A stretch of DNA of 64,000 bases from an uncultured Nitrospiraceae bacterium (GCA_963846575.1 CAWJWJ010000002.1:800001-864000), one strand, 5' to 3'; positions 18,600 to 29,355 are shown, numbered from the stretch's first letter. Numbers and translations are program-made. Notes: a model not told the origin generated them from the sequence alone.

Positions 18600-19670
18600 T
18601 CACTTCTTCCTGGACACGTCCTCGACGACTCTGGTCCAGAGGCCATGGGCGCCGAACAGTTTGTTGCTCACCTGCTCCCAACCGCCGAGGTCTGCGATCG
18701 TGAAGAGGCGAGCCGGTCGAGGCAGTGCTGCCGTTGCGGAAGGAGTGGCCTCGGGATCCAACGGACGGAATCCCAATTCGAGAAAGGCTGCTTGTGCTTC
18801 CGGTCCATGCAAAAACGCGACGAAGGCATCGGCGACGTCCTTGACCTTGTGACGGTCCGCATACTTGTCCACGACCGCCGCCGGATTTTCGATCCATACG
18901 GTTTCCGCAGGCACGATAATTTCATAGGGTCGCCCACTCTTCACGCGTGGCAACAATTCATTTTCATAGGTCACGATCACGTCGCCGACCCCGCGCTCGA
19001 ACGTCGTCACCGATTCCCGACCGCTCTTATCCATGACCTTCACGTTGCGCTGAAGGCGGGTCAGCAGGTCGACTGCCCAAGCATCGGCCGCCTGCGGCGA
19101 GACCGCTGTTCCCGCCGTCGGCTGCTCGGCCAATTTCAATCCGGCTCCATAAATTGCAATCACATCCCACATGGCGCCGCCGGATGTTTTCGGGTTGGGA
19201 TAGAGGACTTCCACGCCCGGGCGGGTTGCATCCTCCCAGCCTTTGATCCCTTTCGGATTGCCCTTGCGCACCCCGAGCGCCACGACCGATGCCGAAATCA
19301 TGCCGCCGTGAGGGGCCTTCCTCCAGTCATGCGAGATCATGCCGGCCTTGACGATCTGATCGACGTCGCCTTCGAGAGACAGCACGGCGACATCGGCGTC
19401 AAATCCTCCCATGATCGCCCTGGCCTGGGCACCGGATGCGCCGTAGGAACTGCGCACTCGCACATCCTGGCCGGTTTTCTGTTTCCAATGCCGTTGGAAG
19501 GCGGGGATGATGTGGCGTTCGTAGGCTTCTTTCGGAACACTATAGGCTGCAAGAATGAGTTCGCGGGTCTCGGCGGCCTGCACAGGTGCGAAAGACAGGC
19601 CGAGGACGGAAAACAAAATGATGAGCACCGCTGTCCAGGTCGTCAGTTTATGAACGGTCATGATGGGCAT
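18600..19670 (-). CDS. sbp: Sulfate-binding periplasmic protein
   Basis: SYGASGAQARA, RKGNPKGIKGW, PNPKTSGGA, GDVIVTYENE. Confidence 0.93.
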   Translation of the reverse strand: MPIMTVHKLTTWTAVLIILFSVLGLSFAPVQAAETRELILAAYSVPKEAYERHIIPAFQRHWKQKTGQDVRVRSSYGASGAQARAIMGGFDADVAVLSLEGDVDQIVKAGMISHDWRKAPHGGMISASVVALGVRKGNPKGIKGWEDATRPGVEVLYPNPKTSGGAMWDVIAIYGAGLKLAEQPTAGTAVSPQAADAWAVDLLTRLQRNVKVMDKSGRESVTTFERGVGDVIVTYENELLPRVKSGRPYEIIVPAETVWIENPAAVVDKYADRHKVKDVADAFVAFLHGPEAQAAFLELGFRPLDPEATPSATAALPRPARLFTIADLGGWEQVSNKLFGAHGLWTRVVEDVSRKK

Positions 19671-20109
19671 AGGATCCTTCCGCCTGCTTGGAGAGGGCAA
19701 ATCGACTCAAGGTGTAATGGTCGAGAATATTGGCAATGGCATCGCGCACTTCTCCCATGGCTTCCTGAAGCGGGCAGGAGGCCTTGGTGGCGTAAGGACA
19801 GTCCGAACACTTTTGATAAGCCGTCTTACTGACACAGCTTATGGGAGCCAATGGCCCGTCCAGAATCCGGATGACTTGGCCGAGCGTGATGTCTTCCGGG
19901 GATTTGATGAGGGCGTATCCGCCCCGGATTCCACGGCGGCTCGCCAGCAGACCGGCGCGTTTCAAGGCCAGGAGGATCTGTTCGAGGAACTCTACGGGGA
20001 TGTTCTGGCGTTCCGCAATCTCATGTCGCTGGAGGACAGGTCCGCCGTAGGTCTCGCAGAGTTCGAGCAGAGCCCGCAGGCCGTACTCACTTTTCTTTGA
20101 AAACTTCAT
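19648..20109 (-). CDS. Rrf2 family transcriptional regulator
   Basis: YGLRAL...FLEQILLALKRAGL..SRRGIRGGY wHTH; Cys cluster CVSKTAYQKCSDCPYATKASC. Confidence 0.93.
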   Translation of the reverse strand: MKFSKKSEYGLRALLELCETYGGPVLQRHEIAERQNIPVEFLEQILLALKRAGLLASRRGIRGGYALIKSPEDITLGQVIRILDGPLAPISCVSKTAYQKCSDCPYATKASCPLQEAMGEVRDAIANILDHYTLSRFALSKQAEGSYAHHDRS

Positions 20110-20265
20110 GAAGAATGAATTTGTCTAGTGAGTTGCTCAAGAATTCCCAGAATAAACCAGCCCGTGTTGTGATTCAAGCGTCTCGCGCAACTCAGAGGCA
20201 CAGGTCAGCATGGCCCGCTTATCGCCATGGTCATTGCAACCTATTGAAATCGGACGCTGTATTTC

Positions 20266-20295
20266 TTGACACCCTGTGACGGTTCTTGCTAGCTT
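20266..20295 (+). promoter_or_regulatory. Putative sigma70 promoter for glyQS
   Basis: TTGACA-N18-TAGCTT with extended TG. Confidence 0.5.
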
Positions 20296-20350
20296 CAGCC
20301 TGCTTTTCATGGGCCTTCATGAGCAGCCCGCTGCTAGATCTGGACATCCG

Positions 20351-21271
20351 GTGAATTTTCAAGAGCTCATCCTGACCCTGCATCGCTTTTGGGCCGACCG
20401 GGGATGTGTCATCCACCAGCCGTATGATTTGGAAATGGGCGCCGGGACCTTCCACCCGGCCACGTTCCTTCGTTCCCTCGGTCCTGAACCCTGGCGCGCC
20501 GCTTATCCGCAGGCCTGCCGGCGCCCCACCGATGGCCGGTATGGCGAAAACCCCAACCGCATGCAGCACTACTACCAGTATCAAGTGGTCTTGAAACCGG
20601 CCCCGGATGACATTCAGAGCCTGTACCTCGAGAGTCTCAAGCAGTTGGGTATCGACCCGAAGAAGCATGACATCAGATTCGTACAGGATGACTGGGAATC
20701 ACCCACGCTCGGGGCCTGGGGCTTGGGATGGGAAGTCCGACTCGACGGCATGGAGATTACCCAGTTCACCTATTTTCAGGAGATTGGTGGCATTCCGCTC
20801 ACCCCCATTACCGGCGAGATCACCTATGGGACAGAGCGCATCGCGATGTACCTGCAGCAGGTGGACAATGTCTATGACCTCTGTTGGACCGAGGGGGTCT
20901 CCTATGGCGATGTCCACCACCGCAGCGAGGTCGAGTTCTCACGGTACAACTTCGAGGAGGGGGAGGTGCCCATGCTCATGGCCACCTTCCAAGCCTTCGA
21001 AGGCGAGTGCAAACGTCTGCTGGACACCAAGCTCACATTGCCGGCCTACGACTACTGCATCAAGACCTCGCACATGTTCAATTTGCTGGACGCGCGAGGG
21101 GCGATCAGCGTCACTGAACGGACCTCATACATTGCCCGCGTGCGGGCGCTCGCGCGTCGCTGTGCGGAAGCGTACCTTGTGGACCGGGAGTCGATGGGGC
21201 ACCCCTTGATCAAACAGCCTGTTCACATTGGCAGGGGAGAGACTGTCCCTGCACCGGTTACGACCAAGTAA
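20351..21271 (+). CDS. glyQ: Glycyl-tRNA synthetase alpha subunit
   Basis: [41 protein letters not shown]. Confidence 0.98.
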   Translation: MNFQELILTLHRFWADRGCVIHQPYDLEMGAGTFHPATFLRSLGPEPWRAAYPQACRRPTDGRYGENPNRMQHYYQYQVVLKPAPDDIQSLYLESLKQLGIDPKKHDIRFVQDDWESPTLGAWGLGWEVRLDGMEITQFTYFQEIGGIPLTPITGEITYGTERIAMYLQQVDNVYDLCWTEGVSYGDVHHRSEVEFSRYNFEEGEVPMLMATFQAFEGECKRLLDTKLTLPAYDYCIKTSHMFNLLDARGAISVTERTSYIARVRALARRCAEAYLVDRESMGHPLIKQPVHIGRGETVPAPVTTK

Positions 21272-21291
21272 CACGCAAACCACTCGACGCC

Positions 21292-23466
21292 ATGCCATCA
21301 AAAAAACCCGCGATAAAAAAGTCTGTCGCTCCAAAAACTCTGCTCACGACGGAGTTGCTGCTCGAAGTCGGGACGGAGGAGCTGCCCTACCAATTCGTCG
21401 GCCCGGCCCTGCGCACCCTGCACCAGGCTGCTGAGACCATGCTGACCGAGCTGCGCATCGGCTACGGGTCAATCCGCACGATGGGGACCCCGCGCCGGTT
21501 GGTACTGCTTGTGGAACAGGTTGCGTCGCAGCAAGCTTCCGCCGTGAAGGAAGCCATGGGCCCATCAAAAGCTGTGGCATTCGATCAGGCAGGTCAACCC
21601 ACCAAAGCTGCTCTCGGGTTTGCCGCCGGTCAGGGAGTTCCGATCGACCAACTGCAGGTACGTCAGACTCCCAAGGGCGAGTATCTCTTTGCGGTGAAGC
21701 AGGAGAAGGGACAACCGGTCGCGGCTGTGCTAACGCAGCAGCTGCCGCAGCTCCTCGCCAAATTATCCTTCCCGAAAGCCATGCATTGGAATGAGACCGC
21801 GGTTCGCTTTGCGAGACCTGTGCGCTGGTTGGTGGCTTTGTGTGGGGGGAAGATTCTGCCGATTCAGTTCGCGGCGATCAAAGCCGGAAATGTCAGTCAG
21901 GGACACCGGGTGCTGGGTGCCAAGGCTTCCGGGGTGAAAGGCTTCACGGTGAAGTCGATCGCGCAGTACTTCAAGGATACTGAACGTCAGGGTGTGATCG
22001 TGAGTCAGGAACGGCGGCGTGCGATGATCCTTGACCAGCTGGCGTCCCTGGCCAAGGCGGCACGAGGGCATCTGCATCAGGACGACGACCTGCTCGAACA
22101 AGCGGTCTACATGGTGGAATACCCGCATACCATTCTGGGTTCCTTCAAGCCGCACTATTTGTCGCTCCCCAAGGAAATCCTGATGACCTCTATGAAGGAA
22201 CACCAGGGCTACTTCTCCCTGGTGGACCAGAAGGGCGCCTTGTTGCCGAATTTCCTCGCCGTCACCAACATGAAGCTGCCCAATATGCAGTTGATCCGCG
22301 AAGGCAACGAGCGGGTGCTGGCGGCACGTTTAGCGGACGCCAGGTTTTTCTTTGACGAAGATCGTAAGACGTCGTTGGGCATCCGGCTGGCGAAGCAGCA
22401 AGCTGTGACGTTCCACCAGAAGCTTGGTAGTCTGCATCAGAAAACGCAACGCGTCATCGCGATGGCGGACCATCTCGGCAGGCAACTCGGCGACGACCGG
22501 CTGATTCAGGATTGCCGGCGGGCGGCGGAGCTCAGCAAGGCTGATTTGCTGACCGGCATCGTCGGAGAATTTCCAACCCTGCAAGGCCTCATGGGCGGTG
22601 AGTATGCCAAGCATGACGGCGAGTCCGCGGCTGTCAGCGCGGCCATCCGGGAGCAATACATGCCTCGCGCGATGGAAGGTGAGTTGCCGGAGTCGTTGGC
22701 TGGAAAGGTCTTGTCGATTGCCGATCGGCTGGACAGTATTGTGGGCTTCTTTCTCGTCGGCCTGGTTCCGAGCGGATCTGAAGATCCTTTTGCCCTCCGC
22801 CGGCATGCCACCGCCATCGTGCGCATCCTGATCGAAAGTAACCTGCGGGTGAACATGGCTCAGGCCATCCGGCATGCGGAGGAAGCGCTGCGTGAGCAGG
22901 AGGTCAAGGCGGCCTCACAGCCAGTCAAGGGGGGTTCGCCGGATGTGATCGGGTTTCTGTTCGAGCGGGTGCGTTTCTATGGGAAGAGCGCACGACAGCT
23001 TCGTGACGACGTCATGGAAGCTGTGCTGAGGTCGGCCGATCGCCAGGTCATCGACCTCGTGGACCTGTTCGACAGGATGAAAGCGTTGCAAGAGATTACC
23101 CTGCGGGCGGAGTTTGATCCCTTGATCGTCGGGTTTAAACGCGCGCATCGACTCACCGAAAAGGAACAGTGGGATCGCCAACCGGTAGAGGTCGGGTTAT
23201 TTCGGGAGGCTGCCGAAGCCGCCCTGCACGAAGCGCTTCAGAAGAGTCAGGGGCAGTACTCCGCTGCGATGGCCGGCGGAAATTATGGGCACGCGCTCGA
23301 CGTGCTGGTTCGAATGAAAGGTCCCATCGACGACTTTTTCAATGCCGTCATGGTGAATGCCGAGGATCCCGCGGTGCGTGCAAACCGGCTGTCGCTGCTC
23401 AGAGGCGTCGATGATTTGTTCATGTCGTTCGCTGATTTCTCCCAGATTATGGTACAAGGGACTTAG
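21292..23466 (+). CDS. glyS: Glycyl-tRNA synthetase beta subunit
   Basis: LLEVGTEELP, TPRRL, RFARPVRW, GNERVLAARLADARFFF, GSEDPFALRR. Confidence 0.97.
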   Translation: MPSKKPAIKKSVAPKTLLTTELLLEVGTEELPYQFVGPALRTLHQAAETMLTELRIGYGSIRTMGTPRRLVLLVEQVASQQASAVKEAMGPSKAVAFDQAGQPTKAALGFAAGQGVPIDQLQVRQTPKGEYLFAVKQEKGQPVAAVLTQQLPQLLAKLSFPKAMHWNETAVRFARPVRWLVALCGGKILPIQFAAIKAGNVSQGHRVLGAKASGVKGFTVKSIAQYFKDTERQGVIVSQERRRAMILDQLASLAKAARGHLHQDDDLLEQAVYMVEYPHTILGSFKPHYLSLPKEILMTSMKEHQGYFSLVDQKGALLPNFLAVTNMKLPNMQLIREGNERVLAARLADARFFFDEDRKTSLGIRLAKQQAVTFHQKLGSLHQKTQRVIAMADHLGRQLGDDRLIQDCRRAAELSKADLLTGIVGEFPTLQGLMGGEYAKHDGESAAVSAAIREQYMPRAMEGELPESLAGKVLSIADRLDSIVGFFLVGLVPSGSEDPFALRRHATAIVRILIESNLRVNMAQAIRHAEEALREQEVKAASQPVKGGSPDVIGFLFERVRFYGKSARQLRDDVMEAVLRSADRQVIDLVDLFDRMKALQEITLRAEFDPLIVGFKRAHRLTEKEQWDRQPVEVGLFREAAEAALHEALQKSQGQYSAAMAGGNYGHALDVLVRMKGPIDDFFNAVMVNAEDPAVRANRLSLLRGVDDLFMSFADFSQIMVQGT

Positions 23467-23480
23467 CGAATGGTGAGCCT

Positions 23481-23999
23481 TTGGACTCCACGTCAGCGCG
23501 TTTCTCTGAGCCGCCCGACGCAGAAGCCTCAGCCGAGCTAAGGGCAAAAAAGGTCCGGCGATTTGCGTCCGGCATCAGCGTCGTCATGATGGTGGTGTGC
23601 AACGCGGTATTTCTCTTCGGCATCTGGGTGACCGGCGTCAACTTCGAACGGCTGGTGCGGACACCGGATATTTATGACTCCAAACACGACATTTGTTTGC
23701 GGTTGGCCTACCGGCAGGTTCCCGGCGCGGCGAATCCCGTCCAGTTCTGTTCGGAGTGGCTCAACCTTTCGGATGAAACAGGAACAACCCATACTTTTCA
23801 GAAAGAAACAGAGATCAAGCAGGGTGCTGACGGCAAGTTCTATTTCGATTATGGACCGTTCGTGGACTACCGGCTCTTTGCGGTCGGCGCGTTCGTGGTG
23901 GGAATCATCGTGTGCGGCATTCGTGTCACGAGGCATCTCGTAAACCGCTACCGCATGCGATTGGAAGCCGCCGCCCGTCATTCGGTCCCGACTCATTGA
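23481..23999 (+). CDS. Hypothetical two-TM membrane protein
   Basis: Two hydrophobic helices flanking a loop with two Cys; tightly packed between glyS and ppdK. Confidence 0.7.
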   Translation: MDSTSARFSEPPDAEASAELRAKKVRRFASGISVVMMVVCNAVFLFGIWVTGVNFERLVRTPDIYDSKHDICLRLAYRQVPGAANPVQFCSEWLNLSDETGTTHTFQKETEIKQGADGKFYFDYGPFVDYRLFAVGAFVVGIIVCGIRVTRHLVNRYRMRLEAAARHSVPTH

Positions 24000-24024
24000 C
24001 CTCATAGCAGAAGGAGAGCGTCGC

Positions 24025-26904
24025 GTGGCCAAGAAATACGTCTATTATTTTGGAGATGGCAAGGCCGAGGGCACCGGCAACATGAAAGAGCTCCTCGGCG
24101 GCAAGGGCGCAGGCCTGGCCGAGATGACGAACCTCAAGGTGTCCGTTCCACCCGGTTTTACGATTTCAACCGAAGCCTGCGTGGAGTACTACAAACGGGG
24201 CAAGGCTTATCCGCCCGGCATGATGGACGAGGCGCTGCAGGCGCTCAAACGGGTCGAGCGGTCTCTGAAGGCCGGCTTCGGCGATCCGGATAACCCGTTG
24301 CTGGTTTCCGTGCGGTCGGGCGCGCGTGCCTCGATGCCCGGGATGATGGACACGGTGCTGAATGTGGGTCTGACGACCACGACGGTGCACGGACTGGCGC
24401 TCAAGACCAAAAATGAACGCTTCGCTCAGGACAGCTACCGCCGCTTCATCGGCATGTTCGGCAGCATCGTGATGGGAGTCAATCGCGAGCATTTCGAAGA
24501 CATCCTGAAGCACAAGAAGCGGGATCTGGGCGTGACGCAGGACACGCATCTCGATGCCAAGGCGCTCAAGGAACTCGTGATCCGCTTCAAGGAACTGGTG
24601 AAGGAGGAGACCAAGCGGGATTTTCCTGACGATCCGCTCGAACAGTTGCGCATGGCGATCGATGCGGTGTTTTCCTCCTGGTACGGCGCGCGCGCCGTGA
24701 CCTACCGGCGACTGTACAATATCCCCGAGACGTGGGGAACAGCCGTGAACGTCGTGGCCATGGTGTTCGGCAACATGGGTGAAACGAGCGGGACCGGGGT
24801 GGCGTTCACGCGCGACCCGGCTACCGGCCAACGGAACTTCTTCGGTGAGTGTTTGACGAACGCGCAGGGAGAAGACGTCGTAGCCGGCATCCGCACTCCG
24901 CTTCCTGTCCGGGAACTCGAAAAGTACATGCCGCAGGCCTACAAGGATCTCGAAGCGACCTATAAAAAACTTGAACGCCATTACCGCGACATGCTTGATC
25001 TGGAATTCACCATCCAGGAAGGCAAGCTCTACATGCTTCAGACGCGGGTCGGGAAACGCACCGGTGTCGCGGCCGTTCGAATTGCGGTGGATATGGTGAA
25101 GGAAGGCCTGATTTCAAGGAAAGAAGCGCTGCAGCGCATTGGGCCTGACCAACTGTCGCAATACCTGTATCCGATTTTTGACGCGAAGGAAGAATCCCGC
25201 TGCACGGCGCTCGGAAAAGGGTTGCCGGCCGGTCCCGGAGCCGCCGCCGGGAAAATCGCGCTCACGGCTGATCGCGCGGTAGATATGAAGGCGGCAGGGG
25301 ACCGCGTGGTGCTCGTGCGGCAGGAAACCAGTCCCGATGACATTCATGGCATGAATGCCGCCTTGGGATTCTTGACCGCCCGTGGCGGCATGACGTCGCA
25401 CGCCGCGGTGGTCGCGCGACAGATGGGCAAGGTGTGCGTGGCGGGGTGCGATGCCATCGAAGTGGTGGACAACCAGACCGTGCGGATCGGTACCCAGACG
25501 TTTCGTGAAGGCGAGTACCTGTCGGTCAATGGCTCGACCGGCAATGTCTACGCGGGCGATATTCCCGTCGTAGAGTCCGAAGTCATTCAAGTGCTGCAAG
25601 GGAAAATGGAAGCCTCGGCGTCCGAAAAGTATCAGATGTTTGAATCGGTCCTAAAGTGGGCCGACGGGGTGCGCCGGCTCAAGGTCCGTGCGAATGCGGA
25701 CGTGCCGGATCAAGCCCGTATCGCACGGAGTTTCGGCGCCGAAGGAATCGGACTGTGCCGGACGGAACATATGTTCTTTGCCGAAGACCGCATCCAAATC
25801 ATGCAAAAGATGATTCTGGCGCGAAAACGCGAAGAGCGGGAAAGTTATCTCGACCAGTTGTTGCCGCTGCAGAAGCAGGATTTCATCGGGCTCTATCGTG
25901 AGATGAAAGGCTTTCCGGTCACGATCCGTCTGCTCGATCCACCGCTCCACGAATTTCTGCCGAAGCGCGAGGAACTCATGGTCGAGATCGCACAGCTGGA
26001 ACTGACCAGCGGCGCCCCATCGGTGCTCGAAGAGAAGAAGCGTCTGCTGGCCCGGGTGGAAGAGCTCCACGAGTTTAATCCGATGCTCGGTTTGCGCGGG
26101 TGCCGTCTGGGTATTACCATGCCGGAAATTACGCGCATGCAGGCCCGCGCCATTATCGAAGCGGCCTGTGAGCTGGCGAAAGAAGGGACCAGGATCGTTC
26201 CCGAGATCATGATTCCTCTGGTCGGCATGGTCTCGGAGATGAAGGCGCAAAAGGATCTCGTGCGGGAGGTCGCGGCGGAGACGATGAAGCGGTACAACGT
26301 GAAGCTCTCGTACCTCGTGGGGACGATGATCGAGCTTCCGCGCGCCGCCGTGACGGCTGACCGCATCGCGGAGGAGGCCGAGTTCTTTTCCTTCGGGACG
26401 AACGACCTGACGCAGACGACATTTGGATTCTCGCGTGACGATGCGGCCAAGTTCATCGACTTTTACAAGACCGCCAATATTCTCGATACCGATCCCTTTG
26501 CCGTGCTCGATCGGGAAGGGGTCGGATCACTGATGCGCACGGCCATCGTCGGCGGCCGCAAGACCCGTCCCGCCATCAAATTGGGTATCTGCGGCGAACA
26601 CGGCGGAGATCCGAGTTCCGTGGAGTTCTGTCATCAGTTGGGTCTCGACTATGTGAGCTGCTCGCCGTACCGGGTCGGAATTGCGCGATTAGCCGCCGCT
26701 CAGGCGGCCTTGGCCGAAGCTGAAACGGTGAAAACCAAGTCAAAGAAAGCCACGCCGAAGACAGCCACGCCGGCTGTCGCCCGGCGGAAAGCGACCAAGC
26801 CAAACGCCGGCAAGGCCGTGAAAAAGGCTGCGAAGCATGTGGCCGTGAAGGCTCGTCCCGCGAGCAAACGCGTCACCGGCCGCCCCAAGCGTACGAAACG
26901 GTGA
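24025..26904 (+). CDS. ppdK: Pyruvate, phosphate dikinase with basic C-terminal tail
   Basis: LGGKGAGLAEM, SVRSGARASMPGMMDT, GGMTSHAAVVAR, GLCRTEHMF, GICGEHGGDP. Confidence 0.98.
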   Translation: MAKKYVYYFGDGKAEGTGNMKELLGGKGAGLAEMTNLKVSVPPGFTISTEACVEYYKRGKAYPPGMMDEALQALKRVERSLKAGFGDPDNPLLVSVRSGARASMPGMMDTVLNVGLTTTTVHGLALKTKNERFAQDSYRRFIGMFGSIVMGVNREHFEDILKHKKRDLGVTQDTHLDAKALKELVIRFKELVKEETKRDFPDDPLEQLRMAIDAVFSSWYGARAVTYRRLYNIPETWGTAVNVVAMVFGNMGETSGTGVAFTRDPATGQRNFFGECLTNAQGEDVVAGIRTPLPVRELEKYMPQAYKDLEATYKKLERHYRDMLDLEFTIQEGKLYMLQTRVGKRTGVAAVRIAVDMVKEGLISRKEALQRIGPDQLSQYLYPIFDAKEESRCTALGKGLPAGPGAAAGKIALTADRAVDMKAAGDRVVLVRQETSPDDIHGMNAALGFLTARGGMTSHAAVVARQMGKVCVAGCDAIEVVDNQTVRIGTQTFREGEYLSVNGSTGNVYAGDIPVVESEVIQVLQGKMEASASEKYQMFESVLKWADGVRRLKVRANADVPDQARIARSFGAEGIGLCRTEHMFFAEDRIQIMQKMILARKREERESYLDQLLPLQKQDFIGLYREMKGFPVTIRLLDPPLHEFLPKREELMVEIAQLELTSGAPSVLEEKKRLLARVEELHEFNPMLGLRGCRLGITMPEITRMQARAIIEAACELAKEGTRIVPEIMIPLVGMVSEMKAQKDLVREVAAETMKRYNVKLSYLVGTMIELPRAAVTADRIAEEAEFFSFGTNDLTQTTFGFSRDDAAKFIDFYKTANILDTDPFAVLDREGVGSLMRTAIVGGRKTRPAIKLGICGEHGGDPSSVEFCHQLGLDYVSCSPYRVGIARLAAAQAALAEAETVKTKSKKATPKTATPAVARRKATKPNAGKAVKKAAKHVAVKARPASKRVTGRPKRTKR

Positions 26905-28028
26905 GGTCCTCCGCACGCGATCTGGAGTACATGACCTTGGCCCTCCGTCTCGCGGCGAAGGGCCGGGGCCACACCAGCCCCAATCCCATGGTCGGCGCAG
27001 TTGTCGTCAGTCGCGGTGAAATTGTAGGCCAGGGCTCCCATCGCAAGGCTGGTGGACCGCATGCTGAGGTCATCGCCTTGAGTCAGGCCGGCTCACGCGC
27101 CAAGGGCGGCACGCTCTTCGTCACCCTCGAACCGTGCAGCCACCTGAAGAAACGGACCCCGCCCTGCGTCCCGCTCGTCGTGAAGTCAGGCGTCCGCCGG
27201 GTCGTCGTGGCGATGGTCGATCCCAACCCACAGGTAAAGGGTCGTGGCGTTGCGCAGCTCACTCGAGCGGGCATGAAGGTCGAGGTCGGCTGTGCCGGGC
27301 CTGAAGCCGAACGGATGAATGAAGCCTACATCCATTGGGTACAGACCGGCCGCCCCTTCACGATCCTAAAAGCCGGAATGACGCTCGATGGAAAGATTGC
27401 GACAGCGGCCGGGGAATCTCAATGGATCACCGGTGAGCGAGCCAGGGAGCAGACCCACCAGTTACGCGCCGGTGTCGATGCGATCCTGATCGGCGTCGGG
27501 ACCCTTTTGCGAGACAATCCCTCCCTGACTGCCAGGATTTCTGCCGAGCCCTTCCGGCTGGCTACAAGACAACCGCTGCGCATCGTGGTGGACAGCCGGT
27601 TACGTACTCCCATCGGGGCTGCGGTCCTTCGGCAGCAAGAGATCGCGCATACGCTGATCGCCACGACCGCTGCGGCTTCAGCGAGAAAAATGGAGCTGCT
27701 GAGGCGGCGGGGCATCGATGTGTTGGTCATGCCTAAGGCAGGCGCCCAGGTCGATTTGAGTACCCTGTGGATGCGACTGGGGCAATTGGGCGTGACCAGT
27801 TTGCTGGTTGAAGGCGGAAGCGTCCTCAACGGCGCGGTGCTTCGGGCGAGGCTTTGCCAGCGGCTGATGTGTTACGTGGCGCCGCTGATCTTTGGTGGGC
27901 AGGATGCCAGGGGCCTGTTCGGAGGACGAGCTGCGCGCCGCCTTCGAGATGCTGTCGCGCTCAGGAATCTACGCATCGAGCCGGTGGGGCGTGATATGCT
28001 GATCCAGGCTGATTTTTCCGCTTCCTAG
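26901..28028 (+). CDS. ribD: Riboflavin biosynthesis bifunctional deaminase/reductase
   Basis: PNPMVGAV, HAEV, TLEPCSH...PPC, TLDGKIA...SQWITG, VEGG. Confidence 0.97.
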   Translation: MRSSARDLEYMTLALRLAAKGRGHTSPNPMVGAVVVSRGEIVGQGSHRKAGGPHAEVIALSQAGSRAKGGTLFVTLEPCSHLKKRTPPCVPLVVKSGVRRVVVAMVDPNPQVKGRGVAQLTRAGMKVEVGCAGPEAERMNEAYIHWVQTGRPFTILKAGMTLDGKIATAAGESQWITGERAREQTHQLRAGVDAILIGVGTLLRDNPSLTARISAEPFRLATRQPLRIVVDSRLRTPIGAAVLRQQEIAHTLIATTAAASARKMELLRRRGIDVLVMPKAGAQVDLSTLWMRLGQLGVTSLLVEGGSVLNGAVLRARLCQRLMCYVAPLIFGGQDARGLFGGRAARRLRDAVALRNLRIEPVGRDMLIQADFSAS

Positions 28029-28035
28029 GAGCATC

Positions 28036-29355
28036 GTGCGACTTCTTATCCGGCTCTGGCCAGCAGTGTCTCCCCGGGTCTGGTTTCTGCTCGTCCTCTC
28101 AAGCCTCTTCCTCGGTACCTTTCCGATACTTCACGCCGCGGAGGAACGTTCCACAACGGACCTCGGCGCGAAACTGTGGCAATACATCGCGGCCAAGGAT
28201 GGTGAGCAGGCCGACACAGAGCTCGCCGCGATCCTTCGACGTGAGGACGCGACCCTACACACAGTACAGGAGCTGTTGCGAAAGGGCCGCCCCTATACTG
28301 CTCAGCCGTTGGGCGCATCGCCGGATGAACAGGTCGTGGTGAGGGACCGGACCTACCGGTATAGTCTCTCAATCCCGCAAACGTACGAACCGACCAAAGA
28401 GTACGCGCTCGTCGTCTGTCTGCACGGTGCGGGCTTCACCGGCGAGGCCTATTTGGATCGATGGAAGACAAGGCTGGGTGAGGGGTACATTCTTGCGTGC
28501 CCGACATATCCTGCCGGCGCCTGGTTTACCAGGCGCGCTGAAGATCTGGTGTTAGCGACAGTGCGGGCCGTGCAGGAACGCTACCGGATCGATCCCAATC
28601 GGATTTTTCTCAGCGGCATGTCCAACGGCGGAATCGGCGCCTGGCTGATCGGCATGCATCACGCAACCCTCTTTGCCGGGCTCGCCCCGATGGCCAGCGG
28701 GATCGACGATGTGCTGTTTCCTTTTCTGGAAAACCTCCGTGCAACGCCGGTCTACATCATTCACGGATCGCAAGATCAAGTCATGCCGGTGGAACTGAGC
28801 CGGAAGCTGGCGGGCGAGCTGAAAAACCTCGGCTATCCGTTTGTGTATCGCGAGCATGACCGCACACACGCCATGGCCGGCGGCCATTTTTTCCCGCGTG
28901 AGGAACTACCCGACCTCATAAAATGGTTCGACGCACAGCATCGCAATCCGGCCCCCAAAGCCCTGACAGTGGTTCGTGATGCCAGCCACCTCTTACCATT
29001 CGGATGGATACGGATTGATGCAACGGATCAGATCGCTTCTTTCACAGAGGAGCTGATTGACCAGCGCAATGACAGCATTCGGCAACGCAGTTATGCCCGG
29101 TTGACCGTCACCGTGACGGGTCCCAATCGAATCGAGGTGCGCACCGACCAGGTTCGTCGATATACGTTGTTCCTCAATGAGGACCTCGTCGACCTGTCGA
29201 AGCCGCTCACCATTGTGACGAACGGCCAGACCTCCTTTGAAGGCACCGTCGTTCCCCGGATCGAAACATTGCTGCGGCAAGCTCATCTCCGGCAGGATTT
29301 TGGACAACTCTTTCCCGCTTCTATCACTATCGCCGTGCCGCAGCATCCTTCATGA
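28036..29355 (+). CDS. Exported alpha/beta-hydrolase (esterase/PHB-depolymerase-like)
   Basis: LHGAG, IDPNRIFLSGMSNGG nucleophile elbow, HGSQDQV, GGH. Confidence 0.85.
   Translation: MRLLIRLWPAVSPRVWFLLVLSSLFLGTFPILHAAEERSTTDLGAKLWQYIAAKDGEQADTELAAILRREDATLHTVQELLRKGRPYTAQPLGASPDEQVVVRDRTYRYSLSIPQTYEPTKEYALVVCLHGAGFTGEAYLDRWKTRLGEGYILACPTYPAGAWFTRRAEDLVLATVRAVQERYRIDPNRIFLSGMSNGGIGAWLIGMHHATLFAGLAPMASGIDDVLFPFLENLRATPVYIIHGSQDQVMPVELSRKLAGELKNLGYPFVYREHDRTHAMAGGHFFPREELPDLIKWFDAQHRNPAPKALTVVRDASHLLPFGWIRIDATDQIASFTEELIDQRNDSIRQRSYARLTVTVTGPNRIEVRTDQVRRYTLFLNEDLVDLSKPLTIVTNGQTSFEGTVVPRIETLLRQAHLRQDFGQLFPASITIAVPQHPS

Noticed and set aside
18645..19832. 395-aa plus-strand ORF
   Set aside because: Antisense shadow of sbp and the Rrf2 gene
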